This document shows positions 17,281 through 25,124 of a stretch of DNA of 43,582 nt, in pieces. Below the pieces are notes generated by a model. It saw nothing but the letters and a program-made list of their open reading frames with translations, did not search any database and was not told the origin of the DNA. The stretch's first letter is position 1, and the number at the start of each line of letters is the position of its first letter. Source of the DNA: Sphingomonadales bacterium (GTDB lineage: Bacteria; Pseudomonadota; Alphaproteobacteria; Sphingomonadales; JAKSBY01); NCBI GenBank assembly GCA_022360855.1, contig JAKSBY010000290.1, positions 1-43,582 on the forward strand, given 5' to 3'. Made by a program: the position numbers and the translations under genes.

Positions 17281-18056
17281 ACTTCTCCGCCAGAGTTAGG
17301 GGTCTCTGTCTGCTCGTTCGGCGCGAATGGTTGGATTAGCCAGTCGTTTGTTAGGCGCCCGTCTTCGTATGCCGATCTGCCGCAACTTTTTACTTCTTGC
17401 AGTTGCACCGGCAGATTACGTGAGAGGATTCCGTTCAGTCCTGTTGGCCAGAGCCTGAACTCATACGATGAGGAAATTGTTCGATCATCTGCCAGGGAAA
17501 AGATTCTGTAGCCAAGCTTCGTGACTCTTAAAAATGGCCTTTGAATAGTTCGAACATTCTCGATAGCGAAAGCCGAACTGAGTTCATAGGAAACTGATTT
17601 TTTAAGGCAATATTCGAAGGCTTTTTCTGGATGCGATTTGAAATCATCAAATGAGTTTCGTATCTCTTTGTCTCTACAGAATTCACTTTCAGCATCAACT
17701 GAACTATATCTGCTAATATAAGCTGTCTTGTTTGACAGCAGGGAATTCAAATACTCGTAATTTCGTTGATCGGGTAGAACCTCTAACGAAAGAACCTCCA
17801 CAAATCTGACAGCCCCTGATGACAAAACAGTCATGCACCGGAACGTGCACTCAGCTGGCAGATAGTCAAAGACAAGAACGGCGTCGGAACTAACGGAATC
17901 ATAGATGCGATCCCCGCTCTCATTTTTGCATTTGTAGTGGTAGTAAATTTGATTATGCGGATAGTCCCAATTTAGAAGCAGGAATAGCAGGAGAAGGTAT
18001 AACCACAGCCTCTTGCGGCTCCGGGCAGGCATTTCTTGTTTGGTAGGTTCCGCCAT
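17277..18056 (-). CDS. Low-GC, Cys-rich, N-terminally membrane-anchored or exported hypothetical protein; candidate immunity protein for the RTX lipase domain
   Basis: 259-aa ORF with a basic N-region followed by LWLYLLLLFLLL, and six cysteines. Its stop overlaps the RTX start. Hand count of 17581-17640 gives 21/60 G+C. Confidence 0.8.
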   Translation of the reverse strand: MAEPTKQEMPARSRKRLWLYLLLLFLLLNWDYPHNQIYYHYKCKNESGDRIYDSVSSDAVLVFDYLPAECTFRCMTVLSSGAVRFVEVLSLEVLPDQRNYEYLNSLLSNKTAYISRYSSVDAESEFCRDKEIRNSFDDFKSHPEKAFEYCLKKSVSYELSSAFAIENVRTIQRPFLRVTKLGYRIFSLADDRTISSSYEFRLWPTGLNGILSRNLPVQLQEVKSCGRSAYEDGRLTNDWLIQPFAPNEQTETPNSGGEV

Positions 18057-18127
18057 CGCCTACCGACGCCACCATTTTTGAGTGGATATCTGCGACGAAG
18101 ATGCTGATAAATCGATGTAGGCGTTAA

Positions 18128-18365
18128 CCCTTGCCCGCCAAAGCGGCGAAGGGTGGGCTCTGTGTCTTTCCCCCATGTTTCCCTCTCGTCCCCCAAATTC
18201 AGCTTCCCCGATCTGGCGCCGAGAGTGCCAGGCGGGTTGGGCCGGTTCGTTACCATGGCGGGTGCTTGGCCCACCAAAGCGGTGGAGTGAAGGTTCGAAC
18301 TTCGGGTATGTCAAAGGGCAATTTTGTGGCTTTTTCGTGCCGGTCGCGGGCCGGTCCGCGACCGG
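18128..18365 (-). promoter_or_regulatory. Leader/promoter region of the immunity-RTX operon, with two related hairpins and a long palindrome
   Basis: Minus-strand TTGACA at 18314-18309 with TTCACT 17 bp downstream. Hairpins on the + strand are CCACC-AAAGC-GGTGG (18271-18285) and CGCC-AAAGC-GGCG (18136-18148). A near-perfect 26-bp palindrome lies at 18340-18365. Confidence 0.5.
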
Positions 18366-18643
18366 GTGTGTTTTCGCTATGGTTGTAAAGGCTTAGGTGC
18401 ATTTTCTTCGCCTCTTTCACGCGCCCGATGTGCGCAATTGTCGCGGATTTTTGAGGGGCGATTTGGCGCGACCGTTCAAGAAGCGGAGCCGGACCTGTGG
18501 CGACTCGGAAGTCCAGGCGTGCAGATTCGCACGCGCCGGACTTGGATCGGGGACGGCCTCGGCCGCCACGCGACGCCTCGGCCGGCATCGGCGACTGACT
18601 ATGGGGACAAAGCGCCGAAAGGTGGCGGCGCGGCCGGGGCCGT

Positions 18644-19258
18644 CTAGGCGTCGACGCCTTTCAGGGTCAGGACGTCGCGTTTGCCGGTTGCCGGGTCGGT
18701 CTTGTGGAAGCGGAAGGTCTGGCCCTTGAAGGCGGTCTGCATGAGGTCGGCCAGCATCGCCTCGACCATTTTGTTGTCGGGCGTGGCGAAGGGGGCGATC
18801 AGGTCCACAAGCCACAGATTCCCTTGGGTTTTTCCCGCCTGCGCGCCGTCCGCGCCGCCATCGCCGCCGCCGAGCGTGTCCTGGAGATGGGCGACCCCGA
18901 GGCCGTCGGCGCGCCATTCGTCGGGCCGCAGGCGCCCGGCGCCGGCGTTCAGCTTGGCCTCCGCTTCGGGGCTGAGCCAGGCCCACAGCGCCAGGCCGAC
19001 CGGCGTCGTCTCGCCGTGGAACACGCGGTACTGCTCCAACAGCAAGGGCGGCATGACCAGCCATTCGAGGTCGGCCAGCGCGAAATGCTTATGGGTCGGC
19101 GATTGGGTAAGAAGCCAGACGATCTCGCCCAGCATATGGCTCACCGTCGGCCGCCTTTTGGCCGCCTCGTCGGTCTTTTTCGGGTCGAAGACCGGCGCGT
19201 CGGCCGCGCCCGATGCCGTGGCACCATCGGCGCCGTTTTGTGCTGTTTCTTTCGCCAT
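18644..19258 (-). CDS. hlyC: RTX toxin-activating lysine acyltransferase (HlyC/CyaC/RtxC family)
   Basis: LGEIVWLLTQSPTHKHF (SPxH catalytic motif), PPLLLEQYRVF, PVGLALWAWLS, DEW...GNLWLVDLIAPF. Confidence 0.92.
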   Translation of the reverse strand: MAKETAQNGADGATASGAADAPVFDPKKTDEAAKRRPTVSHMLGEIVWLLTQSPTHKHFALADLEWLVMPPLLLEQYRVFHGETTPVGLALWAWLSPEAEAKLNAGAGRLRPDEWRADGLGVAHLQDTLGGGDGGADGAQAGKTQGNLWLVDLIAPFATPDNKMVEAMLADLMQTAFKGQTFRFHKTDPATGKRDVLTLKGVDA

Positions 19259-19321
19259 GCCGTGCGACCCCCGTTTGTCGAGCTACCCGTAATTGGTGTG
19301 TGGCGCCCGGCTCGGCGCCGC

Positions 19322-19849
19322 CTAGCGGGCCGCGCCCGGCTCCGAGAACCGCGCCTCGAGGAGCGCGAGCGCCGGACCATAGTCCTGCCGCGCCGCGCGC
19401 TCAAGCCATTTGCGCGCCTTGCGGTCGCTTCGCTTGACCCCGCGGCCCTCCAGATAGAGCCGGCCGAGCGCATATTGCGCGGCGGCCAGCCCGGGGCGGG
19501 CGGGGCCGGTGGTGACCGGGATCACCCGGCCATAGGTCTCGCTGCCGACCGGCGGCGAATAGACATAGGTGGTGCCGCCGACCGTCTCCGCCGCCGCCCG
19601 GTACCAGGCGACGGCGCGGGCCGGGTCGGCGGCGATGCCGTCGCCGGTCTCGTGGGCCCGGGCGAGCTCGTATTGCGCGAGCTTGCTGCCGCCGCAGGCC
19701 TGCGTCTTCAGCTCGGCCAGGGCGCCCTTGTCGCCATGTCCGAGGCAAGCCGCCTGATTGCTCAAGCCCGTTGTACAGGCAGACAGCGCGAGCACGGCAA
19801 ACAGGCAACACACGACCCTGAACCACGAAACCGCATTCCCCGCATTCAT
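19322..19849 (-). CDS. Sel1-repeat lipoprotein
   Basis: Lipobox LALSAC and two Sel1 repeats (AQYELARAHETGDGIAADPARAVAWYRAAA; AQYALGRLYLEGRGVKRSDRKARKWLERAARQ). Starts 2 bp after the hlyD stop. Confidence 0.85.
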   Translation of the reverse strand: MNAGNAVSWFRVVCCLFAVLALSACTTGLSNQAACLGHGDKGALAELKTQACGGSKLAQYELARAHETGDGIAADPARAVAWYRAAAETVGGTTYVYSPPVGSETYGRVIPVTTGPARPGLAAAQYALGRLYLEGRGVKRSDRKARKWLERAARQDYGPALALLEARFSEPGAAR

Positions 19850-19851
19850 GT

Positions 19852-21249
19852 CTAGCGCTCCCTCAAAGACTCGTCCTTGTAGCGCAGCAAGGGCGAGAGG
19901 ATGAACTCGATCAGCCGGCGCTTGCCGGTTTTGATCTCGGCGGTTGCGACCATGCCGGGTGCGATGTTCACGTCCTTGTCGTTGACCGCAATCGTAGAGC
20001 GTTCAAGGCTGACACGCGCCTGGTAGACGAGACCGAGCTTCTCGTCGGCGATGGCGTCCTGCGACAAATCCTCGAGCGTGCCGGGGAGCGTGCCGTATTT
20101 GGTGAAGGGGAAGGCCTCGAGCTTGACCTCCACTTCGTCGCCTATATGGACGAAGCCGATGTCCTTGTTCAGCACCTGTGCCTCGACCACCAAATCGCCC
20201 TCGCCGGGCACGATGACCATCAATGGCTCGGCCGGCTGAACGATGCCGCCGATGGTGTGGATGGCGAGCTGCTGCACGGTACCGTCGACCGGTGCAACGA
20301 GCTGCTGCAGCACATTGCGCTGGGCCGCCTTCGTCAGCTCCTGGGTCTGCGCCATCGCTGCGGTCTCGGCCTCCGCCAGTTCCGACAACGCAGTGCCGCG
20401 GAACTCTTGCGTGGTCTGTTCGCTCTGCTGGTCGATGCCGCTGATCGCGGCCGTCATCCGCACGCGCTGCTCGGTCTGGATTTCGAGCTGCTTTTGACTG
20501 TCGATCAGACGTTCCAGCAATTCGAGATACAGGAGCCGGGGCGACAGGCCCTTTTCGGTCAGCTCCTTGCGCGCCGCCACCTGTTCCTCGATCAGCGGCA
20601 GGGTCTTTTTGAGCCGATCGATTTCCTGGTCGACCGCGGCCAGATCGGCCTCCCGCTCGGCGCGCTGCTGGGCAAGCGAGCCCAGGGCCGCCTCATATTC
20701 GCGGATCTGGCTGTCGATCAGGCGCTCTTCCATGGCGACAATCGCCGGGTCGGCGTCGGCAGGTGGGTCGAATGCGTGGGCGCCGGTCTCGACGTAGGCC
20801 AGCAGTGCATTCGCCCTGGCCGACGTCATCCGCGACATCAGGAGTGCCGCCTCGACCTGCGCGACATCGGCGCCGGAAACGGTGGGGTCGAGCTCGATCA
20901 GCACGTCGCCGGCCGCGACACGTTGTCCATCTGTTACTTTGATTGCGCGAACGACGCCGATCTCCAAAGGCTGGATTATCTTGACCCGCTCTTTCGGGAT
21001 GATGCGACCCTGCGCGGTAGCCACCACGTCGACATGTCCGAAATAGGACCACAACATAGCGGCGACGAAAAACGCTATGATCAGCCACAGCGTCGTTCGG
21101 CCGACGGGCGAGGCCGGCTTTTCCAGAATCTCCAACGCTGCCGGCAGAAAGTCGACTTCTTCATATTTCTTGGCGCTCTTACGGCGCTCGGATTCGAGCC
21201 GCCAGGACTCCCGCCAAACGTCCAGGTGGCTGCGCATGCCCTCAAACAT
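19852..21249 (-). CDS. hlyD: T1SS membrane fusion protein (HlyD family)
   Basis: FLPAALEILEKP, a single TM segment, VKIIQPLEIGVVRAIKVTDGQRV, a coiled coil, KLEAFPFTKYG, AEIKTGKRRLIEFILSPL. The probable start is ATG 21249 overlapping the hlyB stop; the ORF track extends to 21279. Confidence 0.95.
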   Translation of the reverse strand: MFEGMRSHLDVWRESWRLESERRKSAKKYEEVDFLPAALEILEKPASPVGRTTLWLIIAFFVAAMLWSYFGHVDVVATAQGRIIPKERVKIIQPLEIGVVRAIKVTDGQRVAAGDVLIELDPTVSGADVAQVEAALLMSRMTSARANALLAYVETGAHAFDPPADADPAIVAMEERLIDSQIREYEAALGSLAQQRAEREADLAAVDQEIDRLKKTLPLIEEQVAARKELTEKGLSPRLLYLELLERLIDSQKQLEIQTEQRVRMTAAISGIDQQSEQTTQEFRGTALSELAEAETAAMAQTQELTKAAQRNVLQQLVAPVDGTVQQLAIHTIGGIVQPAEPLMVIVPGEGDLVVEAQVLNKDIGFVHIGDEVEVKLEAFPFTKYGTLPGTLEDLSQDAIADEKLGLVYQARVSLERSTIAVNDKDVNIAPGMVATAEIKTGKRRLIEFILSPLLRYKDESLRER

Positions 21250-23404
21250 GAGCCGTCTGCTTTCGCCAAAGCTCTGCATAGCGCCCTTCGGCGGCGATGA
21301 GCTCGTCGTGGGTGCCGTCTTCGGTCAGCATGCCGCGCTCGATCGTCACGATGCGGTGCGCCTGGCGAAGCGCCGACAGCCGGTGCGCGATGATGATCAC
21401 GGTGCGGCCCTGCGCCATCGCCTTCAGATTGTTCTGGATGACCTCCTCGGATTCGGCGTCCAGCGCGCTTGTCGCTTCATCGAAAATCAGGATTCGCGGA
21501 TTGGTGATCAGGGCTCGGGCGATGGCGATACGCTGGCGCTGACCACCGGATAAATTGGCGCCACGCTCGTCGATCTGCGTATCGTATCCTTCTGGCAGTT
21601 GGAGGATAAACTCGTGCGCGCCGGCCAGTTGCGCGGCCGCCATCACCTGCTGCATATCGCGGGTCGGATCGGTCAACGCTATGTTCTCGCGCATCGAGCG
21701 GTTGAACAGGATATTCTCCTGCAGAACTACGCCGACCTGGCGCCGTAGCCACGCAGGATCGACAAGAGCGAGATCGACACCATCGACCAAAACGCGGCCC
21801 GATTCCGGCACATAGAGCCGTTGAACCAGCTTGGCCAATGTCGACTTTCCCGATCCCGAGGGCCCGACGATGCCGAGGATCTGTCCCGGCGGAATCTCAA
21901 GCGACACGCGGCGCAGGACTTCCGGGCCGTCGGTGCTATAGCGAAACGTTACATTGTCAAATTCGATCGCGCCGCCGATCTTGGGGAGGTTGGTGCGGTT
22001 GGGATTGTATTGCGGCTCGGTGGGCGAATTGAGGATGTCGCCCAGTCGCTGCACGGAGATTCGTACCTGCTGAAAATCCTGCCACAGCTGCGCCAGACGC
22101 AATACCGGCTGGCTAACCCGCGACGCCAGCATATTGAAAGCGACAAGCTGGCCAACCGTCAGTTCGCCACTGATGACCAGCTTGGCACCGAAATAGAGAA
22201 TCAGGGCGATCACGACCTTGTTGATGAATTGAACCGATTGAGATCCCACATTGCCCAGCATGTTGGCTCTGAAGCTGGTGCTGACATAGCCGGCGAGTTG
22301 CTGCTCCCAGCGCTGCTGCATCTGCGGCTCAACCGCCATCGCTTTGAGCGTCTCCACGCCCGTTACGCTTTCCACCAGAAACGCCTGGTTCTCGGCGCCG
22401 CGCTGGAATTTCTCATCCAGCCGGGCGCGTAGCGGAGGGGTGATCGCCCAGGAGATCGCAACGTAAAGCGGTAGTGAGATCAATACGATCAGAAGCAACG
22501 TCGGGCTATACAGATACATCACGCCCAAAAAGACGAAGGTGAAGAACAGGTCGATAAAAAGCGTGACCGACGAAGAGGTGAGGAAGTTGCGAATATTCTC
22601 CAGCTCCCGAACCCGGGCAACGGAATCGCCCACCCGGCGGCTTTCGAAGTAGCTCAGCGGAAGCGCCAACAGATGCCGGAAAAGCTTCGCCCCGAGCTCC
22701 ACGTCGACGCGGTTTGTCGTATGCGAGAATACGTAGGTTCTGAGCCCTCCCATCACGACCTCGAACAGAGAAATTGCAATGAGTCCGACAATCATGACAT
22801 CGAGGGTCGTAAGCCCCTGATGCACGAGGACCTTGTCGATCACCACCTGAAAAAACAGCGGTGTCATCAAGGCGAAGAGCTGCAGGAAAAAGGATGCGGC
22901 AAGTACCTCGCCCAGGAGGCCGCGATACTTGACGAGCGCCGGTATGAACCACGTTACGTCGAATTTTCGATCGCCGCCGGCGAGGCGGGAACGCGTTGTC
23001 ACCAATATGACCTGTCCCGTCCACTCGGAGTCGAGCTCCGAGAAAGTCAGTTTTCGCGCTGCGGGTTCGCCGGGGGATTGGATGAGAACGTGGTTGTCGC
23101 CCACCTGACCCAAGATAAAAAACCGCCCGTCGCGCGCCCTGGCGATTGCGGGAAGCGGAAGCTTGCCGAGCCGGTCGGTTCTTGCTCGTGTGATCTTGCT
23201 CCGCGCGCCAAGCTGTTTTGCCAGCCGCATCAGGTCTTCAGGACCGAAAACGGCGTCCCCCTTGCCAAGCTGATGCCTTAGCTGCGCGGGCTCGGCCGGA
23301 ATGCGCAGATATTTGAGAAGGAGCACAAGGCAACTGAGTCCGGAATCCTGCTCCGCTGCGGATTCGTCCCCGGCGTTTGCAGTTCCCCCATCCGACAACG
23401 TCAT
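21242..23404 (-). CDS. hlyB: T1SS ABC transporter (HlyB family, with an N-terminal C39-like domain)
   Basis: Walker A GPSGSGKST, signature LSGGQRQR, Walker B ILIFDEATSALD, FFQVVIDKVLVH. The N-terminal QDSGL has no catalytic Cys, as expected for a C39-like domain. Confidence 0.96.
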   Translation of the reverse strand: MTLSDGGTANAGDESAAEQDSGLSCLVLLLKYLRIPAEPAQLRHQLGKGDAVFGPEDLMRLAKQLGARSKITRARTDRLGKLPLPAIARARDGRFFILGQVGDNHVLIQSPGEPAARKLTFSELDSEWTGQVILVTTRSRLAGGDRKFDVTWFIPALVKYRGLLGEVLAASFFLQLFALMTPLFFQVVIDKVLVHQGLTTLDVMIVGLIAISLFEVVMGGLRTYVFSHTTNRVDVELGAKLFRHLLALPLSYFESRRVGDSVARVRELENIRNFLTSSSVTLFIDLFFTFVFLGVMYLYSPTLLLIVLISLPLYVAISWAITPPLRARLDEKFQRGAENQAFLVESVTGVETLKAMAVEPQMQQRWEQQLAGYVSTSFRANMLGNVGSQSVQFINKVVIALILYFGAKLVISGELTVGQLVAFNMLASRVSQPVLRLAQLWQDFQQVRISVQRLGDILNSPTEPQYNPNRTNLPKIGGAIEFDNVTFRYSTDGPEVLRRVSLEIPPGQILGIVGPSGSGKSTLAKLVQRLYVPESGRVLVDGVDLALVDPAWLRRQVGVVLQENILFNRSMRENIALTDPTRDMQQVMAAAQLAGAHEFILQLPEGYDTQIDERGANLSGGQRQRIAIARALITNPRILIFDEATSALDAESEEVIQNNLKAMAQGRTVIIIAHRLSALRQAHRIVTIERGMLTEDGTHDELIAAEGRYAELWRKQTAHV

Positions 23405-23735
23405 TTTTCGTCACACTACTTGTGGTTACAAGCCCCAAAAACCTACGGTTTAAAATCGCGCGGGCAGCTCCAGGTGGCCAAATTCACCGCGAGCGGGAGA
23501 GAACTCGATTTGGCCAATCTATTCCAGGACAGAAAGCCCTGATAAACTGCCGCACTGAGGCCTATCTAATTGCTCCTGAAGACAACACAAAGGGAAATTT
23601 TTGTCATTCGAGCATGGCTTGACGAGGATCAGACTATTGATAGGGATCTGTATGAGGCCCTTCGATTGCGAATCTTTATTCGCATCCCAGTTGTATCTTC
23701 CGTTGCCGTTTCGGCGCCGAATCCATTTTCTTGTG

Positions 23736-23924
23736 CTACTTCACGATCAGTCTGGTTCCGCGCAGGGCGCCGTGGGATTCCAGGATGGGGTGGGCGACCG
23801 CGGTCAGATGCTCGATGATGTGCTTGAGATCGCGCACAACGTCGAGATGGATGTCGCTGGTCTCAATAGAAGCGGTCATGCTGGCCTGCAGGCGCTCGAC
23901 ATGATTGGCCACGGTCTGGTGCTC
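23736..23924 (-). pseudogene. C-terminal remnant of a Na+/Pi cotransporter (PhoU-like tail)
   Basis: Manual translation: EHQTVANHVERLQASMTASIETSDIHLDVVRDLKHIIEHLTAVAHPILESHGALRGTRLIVK*. H.ERL...SIETS..HLD..RDLK.I..HL..VA.PILE is the typical NptA/YjbB-family C-terminus. There is no start and no TM domains. Confidence 0.7.
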
Positions 23925-23926
23925 GC

Positions 23927-24016
23927 GCCCTCGGCGCGGACTTCGCGGGCGCGCTGGGTCATCGCCTTGGTCTGCGAGGGTCGGACGTTTTGAACGCGTC
24001 TTGAAAAAAGCGTCAT
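23927..24016 (-). pseudogene. N-terminal remnant (30 codons) of a class I PLP-dependent (aspartate-type) aminotransferase
   Basis: MTLFSRRVQNVRPSQTKAMTQRAREVRAEG matches the usual subgroup-Ib start (S.R...V.PS.T.A....A.EL.A.G). Similarity stops abruptly before the expected DVI.L..GEPDF motif. Confidence 0.65.
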
Positions 24017-24218
24017 GGATGATTCTCTTAACAACAGTGCAGAGCGCCGGCGGCCGGACAAGCCGTCGCCATCTCCGCCGAAGCGATGAAAGTGAGTGCT
24101 CAATATGAGCGGCGCGGGATCACGAAAAAAGCCGGAAATGCCGACGGGTATGTGGGAGAAACAGACATATCTCAGCAGCCTGCAATGGCCCGGGCCTTAT
24201 CCGCGCCACAAGCGGCGG

Positions 24219-25124
24219 CTAGCTCGTATCTCTGAGAAGAGAGATGCCCTTCAGGAATGCCTTATCCGCCTCGACCGAGACGGCCTGCACATTTTGTTCG
24301 CCGAGCGCTGCGACGTAGCGGTGGGTCAGCGCTTCGTTGCCGACAAGGATGACATCGTCGACCGTTCCGAGAGCTGCCGTAACGGCCATTATCTCGCGGC
24401 CGATCAGCATGCCCGAAAGGTAGGATGCGCGCGAAAGGCAGTGCAGGTCGTCCAGCAGCACGCTGGCGCGGATGGAGAACAGCTTGTTGAGCAACCCTGC
24501 TTTCGAGCGTCCAGCCTCGGTCCCCTGCATAAAGCTCGTCTGGTCGAACTTTTCGTCCTCGATAAGCGAGGAGATGGAGCTTTCCCTGCGGATCAGCGCG
24601 AAAATCTCCCCGGTCATGAACGTTGTCAGCGAGGCGATGGCGCCTGTTTCGACAATGCACCACTTGCTGTGCGTGCCGGGCAGACAAACAAGGGCCGTAT
24701 CCAGGCCGAGAGCGGCCAGTGCTCCGAAGACCTGCACCTCCTCGCCCCGCATCACGTCCAGACCGCCGAACATGTTGGGGCCGCTGACGCCGGGTACGAT
24801 GCGGATAGTGAGCTCGCCGTCATTGTCGATCGTCACCGGGTTATGCGCCAAGCTATCGGCCGAGACCGGACACGGCATATAGTCCGTCTCCTGCCATCCG
24901 TTGCGGCTCCCGATCATGCCGCTCATGATGATCGGCATGGTCCCATGCTCTGCGAGCCACCGGCCGCAATTGGCTTCGAGGACTTGGAGAAACGACTTGT
25001 TTCCCGTCATCAGGACGCCGTCATCGGTACTGATGCGCGCCAGCGACGTGCCCTCGTCACCTATCAGGAACGCCCGGAAGGCACTGGAACCCCAATCGAT
25101 GGCGATGAAAGAGGCCATCGTCAT
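24219..25124 (-). CDS. dgoK: 2-dehydro-3-deoxygalactonokinase
   Basis: IAIDWGSSAFRA, SGMIGSRNGWQE, DVMRGEEVQ, LPGTHSKW, TFMTGEIF, YLSGMLIGRE. ATG 25124 overlaps the SDR stop (TGATG); the ORF track start at 25313 is too long. Confidence 0.93.
   Translation of the reverse strand: MTMASFIAIDWGSSAFRAFLIGDEGTSLARISTDDGVLMTGNKSFLQVLEANCGRWLAEHGTMPIIMSGMIGSRNGWQETDYMPCPVSADSLAHNPVTIDNDGELTIRIVPGVSGPNMFGGLDVMRGEEVQVFGALAALGLDTALVCLPGTHSKWCIVETGAIASLTTFMTGEIFALIRRESSISSLIEDEKFDQTSFMQGTEAGRSKAGLLNKLFSIRASVLLDDLHCLSRASYLSGMLIGREIMAVTAALGTVDDVILVGNEALTHRYVAALGEQNVQAVSVEADKAFLKGISLLRDTS

Noticed and set aside
18054-18070. GTCGGTAGGCGATG before the candidate immunity gene resembles the RfaH ops element (GGCGGTAGnnTG)
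   Set aside because: The match is imperfect, it doubles as the ribosome-binding region, and no RfaH-like gene is in the window.
18060-18729. Small ORFs in the hlyC-immunity intergenic region
   Set aside because: Several mutually overlapping frames with no motifs or convincing SD; better explained as a regulatory leader.
23405-24100. Possible IS or mobile-element remnant, including a 9-bp inverted repeat TGGCCAAAT/ATTTGGCCA at 23475-23516
   Set aside because: No transposase motif or target-site duplication was seen. The coding-like part is explained by the two gene remnants, and the short repeat alone is not significant.
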